The notes under the pieces were generated by a model. That model saw only the letters and a list, made by a program, of their open reading frames with translations. It searched no databases and was not told the origin of the DNA. Source: Patescibacteria group bacterium (lineage in GTDB: Bacteria > Patescibacteriota > Microgenomatia > UBA10105 > UBA927). Taken from it: 64,000 bases of DNA. The DNA lies in NCBI GenBank assembly GCA_049322955.1, contig JBMOPU010000012.1:617517-681516 (forward strand), read 5' to 3'. Each line of letters opens with the position of its first letter. The stretch's first letter is position 1. This document shows positions 1 to 9,837 of the stretch, piece after piece. Both the position numbers and the translations under genes were made by a program.

Positions 1-447
1 TGTTGGAGTCAGCCGGAAGGCCTTGCTGACGCGGCGGCGTTGGGGGTAACCGTGCTTTATAAAGAAAGTACCGACGGAAGCTATCAGGTTGCACGGGTCG
101 CCGTGGATCCCGATGCGGCCACCCGCGGAAACAATTTCGATGACACGGGAATTACCACCACGGGTTGCGGTATCGGATACTACGGCAAGGACATCGATTT
201 TACCGCCTTGGGAATCAATCCTTCACTGGATACGCTTTTGGCACTCCGTATTAAACCCTACTATTCCGACACGACCCTTGCCATTGACGGCGGCATTAAT
301 GAGATTCCCAAACAAGGAAATCAAATCGAATCCGTCGGTTCAACCGGCACGGGAGTCAGCCGTAAGGTTGTTGTGTACCAACAGTATCGCGCACCGCTTT
401 CGATTTTTGATTCGGTCATCTACAGTGAATCCGCCTTCGGTCATTAG
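1..447 (+). CDS. C-terminal part of a PilX-like type IV pilus accessory protein (5' end outside window)
   Basis: Open frame from the window start, ending IESVGSTGTGVSRKVVV as in PilX-like minor pilins; directly upstream of pilM. Confidence 0.5.
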   Translation, partial: CWSQPEGLADAAALGVTVLYKESTDGSYQVARVAVDPDAATRGNNFDDTGITTTGCGIGYYGKDIDFTALGINPSLDTLLALRIKPYYSDTTLAIDGGINEIPKQGNQIESVGSTGTGVSRKVVVYQQYRAPLSIFDSVIYSESAFGH

Positions 448-470
448 GATCGGATCGGCGGACTGCCCGT

Positions 471-1496
471 ATGAAAACACTTTTAGGATTAGACATCGGC
501 TCACATAGTATCAAGCTTATTGAAATAGGCTATTCGGGAGGACCGCAACTTCTGGCGGCGGGAAGTATCCCCACTCCTCCCAAGGCGCTCCAATCTTCGT
601 TGGAAGCGGATCATCAGGCAGTCGCGATGGCGATAAAACAGTTGATGAAGGAAACCGGCGCAAAGTCCAATTCTGTCGTCATTGCACTTCCTGAATCTCA
701 GGTCTTCACGAGAGTCATCGAAGTGCCGGCGCTTTCGCAACGGGAGTTGGCGTCCGCAATAAGCTGGGAAGCGGAACAGTATATTCCCCTTCCCCTCGAT
801 CAGGTAAATCTGGATTACTCGATACTGCGGGATGCCAAAGAAACGGGTACCGACAAAATGGATGTATTGCTTGTTGCGTGTCCGAAAACGCTTCTGGATA
901 AATATCTGTCGATTATTGAAATGGCCGAATTAATTCCCGTGGCGGCGGAGACGGAAATTATCGCGGCCGCAAGAGCGCTGTCACGATCGGTGGCGAATGT
1001 GAAAAATGCCTCGCTTTTGGTGTCATTAGGTGCACAGACGACCGATCTTGCCATTTTGCGGAACGGTGTTTTAGCGTTCACCCGGTCGATTTCCGCAGGA
1101 GGCGAAGCGTTATCGCGGGCGCTGGTCTCGGGGCTGGATTTCAATGTGAATCAGGCGGAAGAATTCAAGCGAACCTACGGTCTTGAAAAGGATAAATTGC
1201 AGGGGAAAATCGTCACTGCGGTAAAACCCATCATGGATACGATTGTCGGAGAAATGAAGCGCGCGCTGGCGTTTTATACGGAAAAGCATAAAGAAGAACG
1301 GGTGGAAGTGACGCTTCTCTCGGGAGGTACGGCAAAACTTCCCGGTATGGTTGTGTATATCGCGCAAAGCATCGGCATGGAAGCCCAGCTGGCCAATCCC
1401 TGGGTAGGAATAAAACGAGATCCCCGATTTGCCGTACTCGACAAAGAAGGTCCCACATTTGCCGTAGCGGTGGGGTTGGCGCTACGTGACGCGTAA
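471..1496 (+). CDS. pilM: Type IV pilus assembly protein PilM
   Basis: Actin-like fold motifs LGLDIGSHSIK, LSGGTAKLPG, FAVAVGLALR. Confidence 0.93.
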   Translation: MKTLLGLDIGSHSIKLIEIGYSGGPQLLAAGSIPTPPKALQSSLEADHQAVAMAIKQLMKETGAKSNSVVIALPESQVFTRVIEVPALSQRELASAISWEAEQYIPLPLDQVNLDYSILRDAKETGTDKMDVLLVACPKTLLDKYLSIIEMAELIPVAAETEIIAAARALSRSVANVKNASLLVSLGAQTTDLAILRNGVLAFTRSISAGGEALSRALVSGLDFNVNQAEEFKRTYGLEKDKLQGKIVTAVKPIMDTIVGEMKRALAFYTEKHKEERVEVTLLSGGTAKLPGMVVYIAQSIGMEAQLANPWVGIKRDPRFAVLDKEGPTFAVAVGLALRDA

Positions 1497-1506
1497 GGAG
1501 AACGGT

Positions 1507-2049
1507 ATGAGTGATGCGCAAATAAACCTCATCAAACGAGACGTTCGCTCGATGGGAGAATTTTCCCGGCTTGAGGAAATGCTACGGGTAGCCGCGTTAT
1601 GGTCTCTCGCAGGACTTTTTGTCGCGGGACTTCTTATCGGCGGACTCTTCCTTTTCTTGCGAAGTCGTACCCAACAGGCGGAAGAGACGAAGGTTCGTAT
1701 CGTACGAGAGATAAATACGCAAAGTGCCAAGGAAGGATTACTGCTTTCATTGAAGGATCGGATTGGGATTGCCGGCAAGGCGCTTGATGCCGCAAAGCCG
1801 TGGGGGAAGTTGTTCGGTGTTTTAGGGGAGATATCGAATGCCGGAACGTTTAGTTCCATATCAATTGATGAAACCGGCCGCGTGAACACCGCCCTTGAAC
1901 TGGTTTCTTTGGATGATGCCGTCTCCGTCATCGGTAATCTGATGGTGCTTTCGTCAGAGAAAGCGCTTCGTACGCCGCAGATGCTTTCATTTGCGCTCAA
2001 GGATGACGGCGCGGTACAGCTTTCGATATCATTTTTTCCGATATTTTAA
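1507..2049 (+). CDS. pilN: PilN-like pilus assembly membrane protein
   Basis: N-terminal INL motif, one TM helix, coiled coil; AAGGAG SD before ATG 1507; lies between pilM and pilO. Confidence 0.75.
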   Translation: MSDAQINLIKRDVRSMGEFSRLEEMLRVAALWSLAGLFVAGLLIGGLFLFLRSRTQQAEETKVRIVREINTQSAKEGLLLSLKDRIGIAGKALDAAKPWGKLFGVLGEISNAGTFSSISIDETGRVNTALELVSLDDAVSVIGNLMVLSSEKALRTPQMLSFALKDDGAVQLSISFFPIF

Positions 2050-2051
2050 CT

Positions 2052-2789
2052 ATGCAATTTGATAAGCTCTTCAAGAAATACCAAAACACCATCGTGTCCG
2101 CGGTGATTCTCCTCTTTTGCGTACTGGCCGCCATTTTTGCGGTTATCCCCTCGGTAGCCAAAGTACAGCAACTGGCCGCCGATCTTCGGGTGATGACAGA
2201 AGAATCCACTGCGTTGAAGAAAAAACTTGATACGTTGGTGACGCTGGATGAGGCGACACTTCGCACGAACCTCACGAACGTCCTTTCTGCGGTTCCCGCG
2301 GAACGTTCTTTTCCGACGGTGTTTGAAACGGTGGAATCCGTCGCCGCGCAAACGGGCGTATCCGTGGTGAGTATGAGTATTTCGGGCGGTGCCTCGTTAG
2401 CGACGCCCACCGCTTCACAAGTGTCGGCCGCGGATAAAAAACTGGGGACCCGTACCATTCCGTTTTCCGTAACCATTAACGGTTCCCTTACCGGGATTGA
2501 ACAATTTATTGCGCTCATTCCGCAGGTGCGACGTCTCTTGCGCATCAGGGTATTTTCGATCGCATTCCCGAAGGACGACCGGCCGCTGACCGTCAATATT
2601 GATATGGACGCGTTTTACGAACCCCTCCCCGCGTCTATAGGAAGTGCAAAAGCCGTGCTTCCTCAGCTTACGGAAACGGATCTTGCGATGATAGAGAAAT
2701 TGACCTCCCTTCCGTTGGCTTCACAGGAAAGCGGGGCACTTCCCCCTCCCCTCATCGGGAAGACGAAGGAAAATCCGTTTTCTCCTTAA
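2052..2789 (+). CDS. pilO: PilO-like pilus assembly protein
   Basis: TM helix, coiled coil, ferredoxin-like C-domain, C-terminal ENPF motif. Confidence 0.75.
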   Translation: MQFDKLFKKYQNTIVSAVILLFCVLAAIFAVIPSVAKVQQLAADLRVMTEESTALKKKLDTLVTLDEATLRTNLTNVLSAVPAERSFPTVFETVESVAAQTGVSVVSMSISGGASLATPTASQVSAADKKLGTRTIPFSVTINGSLTGIEQFIALIPQVRRLLRIRVFSIAFPKDDRPLTVNIDMDAFYEPLPASIGSAKAVLPQLTETDLAMIEKLTSLPLASQESGALPPPLIGKTKENPFSP

Positions 2790-3469
2790 GCAAGATCAGG
2801 TCGGCGTTTTTTTGTTTTGAGGGTTGCCTGTTCTTTTTGCCAGGCGACGATTGCGGCATGATTGCCGGAGAGCAAAACGGGCGGCACCGCACGGTTTTTG
2901 TACACTTCCGGGCGGGTATATTGCGGATACTCAAGCAGGTTATCTTCAAAGGATTCATGGACGGTGGCGTCGGTCTTTTTGAGTACGCCGGGAAGCAACC
3001 TGGTAATGCTGTCGACAAGTACCATGGCGGGTATTTCACCGCCCGTGAGCACGTAATCCCCGATGGAAATTTCCATATCGACAAGGTCCCGTACCCGTTC
3101 ATCAACCCCTTCATAGTGGCCGCAGAGGATCACAAGATGTGAGACGGTGTCCGCAAGTTCACGTGCCAGTTTCTGGTGATACGGAACTCCCTGCGGATCC
3201 ATAAGCACAATTTTTCGCTTATCAGGAGTTGCCGTCGAACGATCGAGGACAGCCGACAGGGCGCGGTCGATGACATCCACTTTAAGGACCATTCCCGCAC
3301 CGCCGCCGTAGGGATGGTCATCAACCGTTTTATAGGCATCGGTCGCATAGTCGCGAAGATGAACATATTCAACGATAAGCTTTTCTTGGGAAACGGCTCT
3401 TTTCAGTATTGAGGCGGTAAGCGGTCCGGAAAACATTTCCGGAAACAACGTGATGATCGAGATTTTCAT
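2786..3469 (-). CDS. trmD: tRNA (guanine-N1)-methyltransferase TrmD
   Basis: VDDHPYGGGAGMV, CGHYEGVDER, SIGDYVLTGGE motifs. Confidence 0.97.
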   Translation of the reverse strand: MKISIITLFPEMFSGPLTASILKRAVSQEKLIVEYVHLRDYATDAYKTVDDHPYGGGAGMVLKVDVIDRALSAVLDRSTATPDKRKIVLMDPQGVPYHQKLARELADTVSHLVILCGHYEGVDERVRDLVDMEISIGDYVLTGGEIPAMVLVDSITRLLPGVLKKTDATVHESFEDNLLEYPQYTRPEVYKNRAVPPVLLSGNHAAIVAWQKEQATLKTKKRRPDLA

Positions 3470-3723
3470 GCAGACACTTCTTGTGGTGCGGCGTCTTCTG
3501 CGATTTCAACATCAACAAACGTATTTGCTTTTGCCGCAAGCACTTTCATAAGGTCGCGAAGTGCTCGGATAATTCGGCCGCTTTTGCCGATGACCTTGCC
3601 GATATCAGAAGGATTCGTATGGATAATGAGGATAGTCGCGTCCCCGTCCATGCGTTCTTCAATGGTGACTTCCTCGGGATTGTCCACGAGGAACCGTACC
3701 ATGTAAAGGAGTGTGTCTTTCAT
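3466..3723 (-). CDS. khpA: KH-domain RNA-binding protein KhpA
   Basis: DIGKVIGKSGR KH motif; conserved rpsP-khpA-trmD synteny. Confidence 0.88.
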   Translation of the reverse strand: MKDTLLYMVRFLVDNPEEVTIEERMDGDATILIIHTNPSDIGKVIGKSGRIIRALRDLMKVLAAKANTFVDVEIAEDAAPQEVSA

Positions 3724-3956
3724 TTGGTTTTTTCGGTAAGAAGCTTTGCGACTCCCACGGTTACTTGGGCACCCTTGGATGTCCAGTAGCTTATCCGTTC
3801 CTGATTAATTGTCAGCTGTGCGGGTTTCACGAGCGGATTATAGAAACCCAAAATCTCAACGGGTTTGCCGTTTCGTCGTTTGCCTTCTTCAATGGCAACG
3901 ACGCGATAGGTGCGTCGATTGCGTGAACCGTATTGTGCGAGTCGGATTTTGATCAT
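3720..3956 (-). CDS. rpsP: 30S ribosomal protein S16
   Basis: MIKIRLAQYG...EILGFYNP...GAQVT; true start is the ATG at 3956. Confidence 0.95.
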   Translation of the reverse strand: MIKIRLAQYGSRNRRTYRVVAIEEGKRRNGKPVEILGFYNPLVKPAQLTINQERISYWTSKGAQVTVGVAKLLTEKTK

Positions 3957-3972
3957 AAGAGCTCTTATTCTA

Positions 3973-4659
3973 TCAGATATTCCCGCTCTTCTCAAGCGCG
4001 TCCTGGGCGGCCCGTTGTTCGGCCTCCTGTTTGGATTTACCCATGCCTTTTCCCAGTACCGTTTCATCGCTTAATACTTCGACCCAAAACGTTTTGTTAT
4101 GGTCGGGGCCTTCGCTTTTGACGACCCGGTACAGCGGCGAAACCTTCGTTTTTTCCTGGGTCAGTTCCTGCAGAAGACTCTTAAAGTCGATGTAGGTTTT
4201 GTTTTCGAGAATCGCTTTTGTTTTGTAGAGAAGATGGGTGGCAAGAAAATTTTTCGCCGCCGTTATCCCCTGATCCAAAAATATTGCCCCGAGAAGCGCC
4301 TCAAAACAGTCCGCAAGCAGTGACTCATTATTTCTGCCTCCTGACGACTCTTCTCCCCTGCTCAGCAGGAGAAGCGATCCCAGCTGAAGTTCACCCGCTA
4401 CCTGACTCAGACTTTTGGTTTTGACGAGCGTCGAACGGACATTGGTAAGTGTCCCTTCGGGAAAATCCTGATAGGTGGTATAAAGATAGTGCGATGTGAC
4501 GAATGAAAGCACCGCATCGCCCAAAAACTCCAGGCGTTCATTGGACTCCGTGTGTTCCTTTGACTCATTTAAGTACGAACGGTGTACAAACGCCTGACTT
4601 AATAATTTTTTGTCCGCAAACGTTATCCCGATGCGTTGTTCAAGATCGGTAAAACTCAT
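3973..4659 (-). CDS. rnc: Ribonuclease III
   Basis: SNERLEFLGDAVL signature plus dsRBD (KSLLQE...GKSKQEAEQRAA). Confidence 0.97.
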   Translation of the reverse strand: MSFTDLEQRIGITFADKKLLSQAFVHRSYLNESKEHTESNERLEFLGDAVLSFVTSHYLYTTYQDFPEGTLTNVRSTLVKTKSLSQVAGELQLGSLLLLSRGEESSGGRNNESLLADCFEALLGAIFLDQGITAAKNFLATHLLYKTKAILENKTYIDFKSLLQELTQEKTKVSPLYRVVKSEGPDHNKTFWVEVLSDETVLGKGMGKSKQEAEQRAAQDALEKSGNI

Positions 4660-5006
4660 ACTTGTAATGCGATAGTACCCAATACCCCGTTAATGAATTT
4701 GGCGCTGTGCTCATTGCCGTAGGATTTTGCGAGCTCGACTGCCTCGTCAATGATGACCTTGGCGGGGTTTTTCTTGTCGAACTGGAGTTCCCATACCGCA
4801 AGACGAAGAATGGCAAGATCAATACGGGCAATTTTCGCAAGCGGCCACTCGGGAGCGGCTTTTGCAATCTGACCGTCAATTGCCGGAAGAAGCGCAATGA
4901 TATCCGCGGATTCTTCGCCAACGGAAACATCCCGGAAGCTATAGCTGAATAACTGTTGCATGAGGGTAATTCGTTTTTGGTGTCGGGGGTCGTTTGCCGT
5001 CTTCAT
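4656..5006 (-). CDS. nusB: Transcription antitermination factor NusB
   Basis: IDLAILRLAVWEL, IIDEAVELAKSYG, FINGVLG. Confidence 0.95.
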   Translation of the reverse strand: MKTANDPRHQKRITLMQQLFSYSFRDVSVGEESADIIALLPAIDGQIAKAAPEWPLAKIARIDLAILRLAVWELQFDKKNPAKVIIDEAVELAKSYGNEHSAKFINGVLGTIALQV

Positions 5007-5076
5007 GAACAAGCGCATCTCTCAGCTTTCAGTAATCAGCTCTCGCAATAGACAGCTGGCAACTGAAAACCGATGA

Positions 5077-5283
5077 TTACGCGGTCTGTTTTTTGGTTTT
5101 CTTTGTTTTGACGGTTGCCACCTGGCGTCCGCCATAAAAACCACAGTATTTACATGCTCGATGCGGAAGCCGCGGCTTGCCACAGTTTGCGCAAATCATG
5201 ATGCCGGGAAGAGTCATACGGATGCTTGCATCCCGTTTGCCCTGGCGTCGTTTTGAATGTCTTCGTTTTGGTAGCGGTGTCAT
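5077..5283 (-). CDS. rpmF: 50S ribosomal protein L32
   Basis: PLPKRRHSK, CxxC...PHRACxxCGFY zinc ribbon. Confidence 0.95.
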   Translation of the reverse strand: MTPLPKRRHSKRRQGKRDASIRMTLPGIMICANCGKPRLPHRACKYCGFYGGRQVATVKTKKTKKQTA

Positions 5284-5286
5284 AGG

Positions 5287-7344
5287 TTACGAATCAATAG
5301 TGTCTATTTTACTCTGATTGAGCTTTTCTCTCAAGTGGGGAAACCGGGAGAGTGTCGGATCAGCCTTGGTGAGGACCGATACGGCATGTTTTACCCTCTC
5401 AATCAGCTTGGTATCCGAAAGACTTGCGATCGCAAACCCCGGAACACCGTGTTGTCTGGTACCGAACAGTTCACCCGGACCCCGCAGGGTCAGATCAAGC
5501 TCGGCAAGCTCGGGACCATTATGCACGGTTTCGAGTGCTTTGAGCCGGGTCAACACCTCGGGTGTTTCGTTTTCGGTAAAGAGGAGACAGTAGGAGGGCT
5601 TTTCTCTTCGCCCTACTCGCCCCCTGAGTTGATGTAATTGCGAAAGCCCGAAGCGTTCGGCGGCTTCAATGACGATGACGGTTGCTTCGGGAATATCGAT
5701 GCCGACTTCAACGACCGGAGTGGCGACCAGTACGTCGTCCTGACCGTCATGAAGTCTTGTTAGCGCGGCGTTTTTTTCCTCGGCTTTCATGCGACCGTGG
5801 AGCATGTTCACCCGTAACGGGGCAAACACTTGTTTCAGCTTTTCGTATTCACTTTTGACGGCGCGAACCGTTGAAAGCGTTTCGGAATCATCAATAAGCG
5901 GGCAAATGACAAATGCCTGTGAATGCGTCGCGGTGAGTTCTTTTTTGATCCACTCATACGCCGCCGTTCGTTTGTTTGCGGGAACCACCCAGGTTTTTAC
6001 CGGTTTTCGACCGCTGGGAAGCGCTCCCAAAACACTCACATCGAGGTTACCGAATACCGTTTGCGCGATCGTACGGGGAATCGGCGTGGCCGTCATGGTC
6101 AGTTGATGCGGGAGATGCCCCCCCTGGCTTCCCTTTCTGAGAGCCGCACGCTGTGCGACGCCGAATCGCTGTTGCTCATCGATGACAATGAGGCCAAGTG
6201 TCGGAAGCGAAACGGTTTCGCTTAACAGTGCATGCGTGCCGATGTACACAGACGGTGTTGTATGGTCAAATGTCTGCGGTTTTTTTTGTCCGCCAAGAAT
6301 AAGATGAACCGGAATGCCGAGTTTTTCGGTAAGAATTTTTCGAAGGGTATCTTCGTGTTGCTGGGCAAGAATTTGCGTGGGAGCGAGGAATGCTGAACTT
6401 TTTCCGTTGACCGCGGCAATATACATCGCGTATGCGGCGACGACCGTTTTTCCCGCACCGACATCTCCTTCGAGGAGTCGGTTCATCGGAATACTCTTTG
6501 CCATGTCGGCTGAAATTGCGGTTATGGCGGATTGTTGATCGTCGGTGAGCGAAAATGGGAGCGATTGCCGAAACGCCGTATCATGTTTCGCCGATGCCAC
6601 AAGCGGTGTTGCGGTGAGCGTGTTTTGCCATGCCTGTCGCTGTTGTTGACTGCGTAACAGGAGAAGAAATAATTCGTCAAACGCCAGCCTCTCCCGTGCC
6701 TGCTGTGCCGAAGCAAGTGAAGAAGGAAAATGTACCTGATGAATCGCGTCAGTAAGAGTCGGTAAATGCTCGAGTGCCCGTATTTCCTCCGGCAGATCAT
6801 CAACGATAAGCGATAACGAGGTCGACAACACATGGGCGATTCTTCCCCGGAGCCATTTGGAACTTAATCCCTCCGTTTCCGGATACACCGGCACGAGTCT
6901 GCCTGTGTGCAGGCTCTCATGCTCGGCTCCTTCAGACTTCAGCACTTCATACTCGGGTGAGGATAAGACCACTTTTTGTCCGAACCACTCGACTTTTCCG
7001 GATGCGCTCAACAAATCTTGCGGGTGTAAGGTCTTGGTTAAATACAGCTGATTGAACCAGGTCACATCGATTGCCCCCGTGGCATCGCGGAGTTTTCCCA
7101 TAACAATCCGCTTGCCGTTTTTTGTCACGAATGCCCGAATGAATTCAAGCGTACCGACCACCGTAACCGTTTCACCGGGTTGAAGCTTTGCGATGGGAGA
7201 AACGAGAGAATAGTCTTTGTATCGGAACGGCGCGTACGTAAGAAGATCAAATACCGTCGTAATGCCGATCCGTTCAAGCAAGGAAGCCATGCGGGGGCCA
7301 ACGCGGGGAACATATTGCACGGGTGAGCTGAGGAGCAATTCCAT
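5287..7344 (-). CDS. recG: ATP-dependent DNA helicase RecG
   Basis: MNRLLEGDVGAGKT, DEQQRFGV, MTATPIPRT, QLHQLRGRVGR, RGPGELFG. Confidence 0.96.
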   Translation of the reverse strand: MELLLSSPVQYVPRVGPRMASLLERIGITTVFDLLTYAPFRYKDYSLVSPIAKLQPGETVTVVGTLEFIRAFVTKNGKRIVMGKLRDATGAIDVTWFNQLYLTKTLHPQDLLSASGKVEWFGQKVVLSSPEYEVLKSEGAEHESLHTGRLVPVYPETEGLSSKWLRGRIAHVLSTSLSLIVDDLPEEIRALEHLPTLTDAIHQVHFPSSLASAQQARERLAFDELFLLLLRSQQQRQAWQNTLTATPLVASAKHDTAFRQSLPFSLTDDQQSAITAISADMAKSIPMNRLLEGDVGAGKTVVAAYAMYIAAVNGKSSAFLAPTQILAQQHEDTLRKILTEKLGIPVHLILGGQKKPQTFDHTTPSVYIGTHALLSETVSLPTLGLIVIDEQQRFGVAQRAALRKGSQGGHLPHQLTMTATPIPRTIAQTVFGNLDVSVLGALPSGRKPVKTWVVPANKRTAAYEWIKKELTATHSQAFVICPLIDDSETLSTVRAVKSEYEKLKQVFAPLRVNMLHGRMKAEEKNAALTRLHDGQDDVLVATPVVEVGIDIPEATVIVIEAAERFGLSQLHQLRGRVGRREKPSYCLLFTENETPEVLTRLKALETVHNGPELAELDLTLRGPGELFGTRQHGVPGFAIASLSDTKLIERVKHAVSVLTKADPTLSRFPHLREKLNQSKIDTIDS

Positions 7345-7377
7345 GGGACTATTATATACTTTCCGCGGATTATGGCT

Positions 7378-7488
7378 TTATTGCAATCCGCCGGCAAGGA
7401 GCGGCACAAAAGAAGTCGCGATAAGGGCAATCGTCGAGATGATAACGATGACTTTCCACACTTTTTCGTGTTTTCTGAAAAAATTCAT
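7378..7488 (-). CDS. Small single-TM protein, 36 aa (MNFFRKHEKVWKVIVIISTIALIATSFVPLLAGGLQ)
   Basis: ATG 1 nt after the tyrS stop; basic N-terminus plus hydrophobic helix; below the ORF-track cutoff. Confidence 0.6.
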   Translation of the reverse strand: MNFFRKHEKVWKVIVIISTIALIATSFVPLLAGGLQ

Positions 7489-7489
7489 A

Positions 7490-8677
7490 TTAGGGATCAA
7501 TTTTAACAGCTTTTCTGCCTACTTCAATAACGTCATTAACGGAAAGGGTTACCGGATCTTTGGTGAGTACTACTGGTTGACCGTTATGCCTGACCGCTTT
7601 TTGCTCGATAAGCCGTTTGGCATCAGATTTACTTGCCGCCATGCCGAATGAGACCAACACATCGACCATGGTTGCATCCGTCTTTACGTTATTTTTGGAC
7701 ATATGCGGAATATCGGATGCCGCTACATCCCCTTTCTGGAATCGGAGTTCAAAATTCGCCTTGGCGTCCGATGCGTCTTTTTCCGAATGCAATTCCGTGA
7801 CCAGACGGACCGCAAGTTCTTTTTTGAGTAACATCGGATTTTCTCCGTCGGCAAGCTTTTTTTCCGCTGAAGCGACTTCCTCCATCGTTGCATCGGTTGC
7901 CAGCGTGAGATATTGGATGATGAGTTCATCCCGCAGTGACATAACCTTGCCGAACATCTCGTCGGCACTATCGGTCAGCCAAATGGCGTTTCCCCAGCTC
8001 TTGCTCATTTTTCTGCCGTCGGTGCCCTCGAGAAAACCGTTGGCGATAATAAATGATTCCTTATGTCGTAAATCCTTCTGTAACACTCTCCCCGCCTGCA
8101 TGTTAAAGGTTTGGTCGGTGCCTCCCAGCTGAATATCGGTGTCCATATAGTAACTGTCGTACCCCTGCATAACCGGGTAGAGCAATTCATGCAGGCCTAC
8201 TTTTTTACCTTCCGTTAATCGTTTTTTGATGAGCTCCCTTCCAACGAAATCCCCTGCCGAAAAATGCTGGGTGAGTTTGACGATATCGGTAAATGACAGC
8301 TTCTTAAGCCATTGGCTGTTATGCACGACGGTAATCTTGGAGAAATCCAAGACCTTTTCCGCCTGCTTTTTATAGGTTTCGAAGTTTTTTTGGATTTGTT
8401 CGGTCGTGAGCACGGGCCGTTCGGTATCTTTGTCCGACGTGTCTCCGATAAGTGCGGTGAAGTCACCGATAAGAAACGTCACATGGTGGCCGAGTTTGGC
8501 GAACGCATTGAGCTTTCGTAGCGGTACCGCGTGACCGATATGGATATTGGTTGCGGTAGGATCAATGCCCAAAAAAATATTGAGTTTTTTCCCGCTTTCC
8601 AAAAGCTCCCGCAACTTCTCCTTGCCGGGAATGATGTTTTCGACGCCTCTCGTCAATAATTCTTCGATACTGTCCAT
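7490..8677 (-). CDS. tyrS: Tyrosine--tRNA ligase
   Basis: HIGH and KMSKS motifs, YPVMQGYD, QLGGTDQ, C-terminal S4 domain. Confidence 0.97.
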   Translation of the reverse strand: MDSIEELLTRGVENIIPGKEKLRELLESGKKLNIFLGIDPTATNIHIGHAVPLRKLNAFAKLGHHVTFLIGDFTALIGDTSDKDTERPVLTTEQIQKNFETYKKQAEKVLDFSKITVVHNSQWLKKLSFTDIVKLTQHFSAGDFVGRELIKKRLTEGKKVGLHELLYPVMQGYDSYYMDTDIQLGGTDQTFNMQAGRVLQKDLRHKESFIIANGFLEGTDGRKMSKSWGNAIWLTDSADEMFGKVMSLRDELIIQYLTLATDATMEEVASAEKKLADGENPMLLKKELAVRLVTELHSEKDASDAKANFELRFQKGDVAASDIPHMSKNNVKTDATMVDVLVSFGMAASKSDAKRLIEQKAVRHNGQPVVLTKDPVTLSVNDVIEVGRKAVKIDP

Positions 8678-8709
8678 ATATACCTCCTTTATCTATAACA
8701 CAGCCTATC

Positions 8710-9837
8710 CTATTGTTCCAGAGCCTGTTTCAGGTCGGCAATAATATCATCGGGATGTTCAAGTCCCAGCGATAAACGGAATAACTGTTCACTTGGCGGA
8801 GACAATGCTGGAGTTTTTTCCCAGTTCATCATGCGCGCGGGATGTTGTATTACCGTTTCAACCCCGCCGAACGAATGACTGATGCAAATAAGTTTGAGCT
8901 TCTTGGCAAATGCCGAGGGGTCCCGATCGTTTGTCAAGAGAAAGCTTACCAATGTTCCTTTCCCCCTCATTTGTTCCCGCACAATTTGTTGTTCTTCTCT
9001 CCCTGCGGAGCCCGGCACCATGACGTGACAAATAGCGGGATGATGGCGAAGCCATTTGCTTACCACGGTTGCGGTTTGTTGTTGTGCCCGTATTCGTGCG
9101 GTGAGTGTTTTCATGCCACGTAAGACAAGAAAACATTGTTGGGGATCCAGCACCGGCCCCGTTGTCTGTGTCAGAAACCGTAACCGTTTTCCGATTGCAT
9201 CGTTATTCGTGCCAATAAAGCCTCCGATGACGTCACTATGGCCGTTCAGAAGTTTGGTAAGACTTTCTACGACGATGTCGGCTCCATGCGAAAGCGGCTG
9301 TTGAATACCGCCGGAACACATAGTGGTATCGACAACCAATATTGCGCCGTTTCGGTGTGCAATGCGGGCCAGTGTTGCAATGGGGAGTACCCGAAGTGAC
9401 GGGTTAGTCGGTGTTTCAGCCCAAAGCAATTTCGGTTTCAGTTCTTCTACTTCATGCTCAAGCGATCGTTCATCGGTAAAATCCGTACATACAGCAGTGA
9501 CCCGGAAAGGAGTCAGCACGTCATGAAATATTCTTCCGGTTCCTTCATAGAGCTCATGATGATGCAGGAGCGTATCCCCTGCACCAAGCAGTAAGCTCAC
9601 CATGAAAATTGCCGATGAACCCGATGCGGTGGCAATCCCCCACGAGGCATTATGAAGCCGCATGAGCACCGACTCAAGTGCGGTTCTTGTATCATTTGCG
9701 ATACGTCCGTACTGGTTTCCCTTTGTCGACGATAATTCATCGAGCGCATATATCACTGAAGGGTGTATGGCCGTAACGATTTCTCCCGTATGCGGACACG
9801 GTGCATGTGGTCGTACCAATAGCGTTTGCTGTTTCAT
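8710..9837 (-). CDS. PLP-dependent trans-sulfuration enzyme (cystathionine gamma-lyase/synthase family)
   Basis: ETPTNP, VVDTT, ESLTKLLNGHSDVIGG (PLP lysine), SFGGVET, RLSLGLE. Confidence 0.9.
   Translation of the reverse strand: MKQQTLLVRPHAPCPHTGEIVTAIHPSVIYALDELSSTKGNQYGRIANDTRTALESVLMRLHNASWGIATASGSSAIFMVSLLLGAGDTLLHHHELYEGTGRIFHDVLTPFRVTAVCTDFTDERSLEHEVEELKPKLLWAETPTNPSLRVLPIATLARIAHRNGAILVVDTTMCSGGIQQPLSHGADIVVESLTKLLNGHSDVIGGFIGTNNDAIGKRLRFLTQTTGPVLDPQQCFLVLRGMKTLTARIRAQQQTATVVSKWLRHHPAICHVMVPGSAGREEQQIVREQMRGKGTLVSFLLTNDRDPSAFAKKLKLICISHSFGGVETVIQHPARMMNWEKTPALSPPSEQLFRLSLGLEHPDDIIADLKQALEQ

Noticed and set aside
3957-4067. N-terminal extension of S16
   Set aside because: It overlaps rnc; the conserved S16 start is MIKIRL at 3956.
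5015-5072. Short TCAG-periodic hairpin between rpmF and nusB
   Set aside because: A single weak instance; it cannot be distinguished from an ordinary intergenic hairpin.
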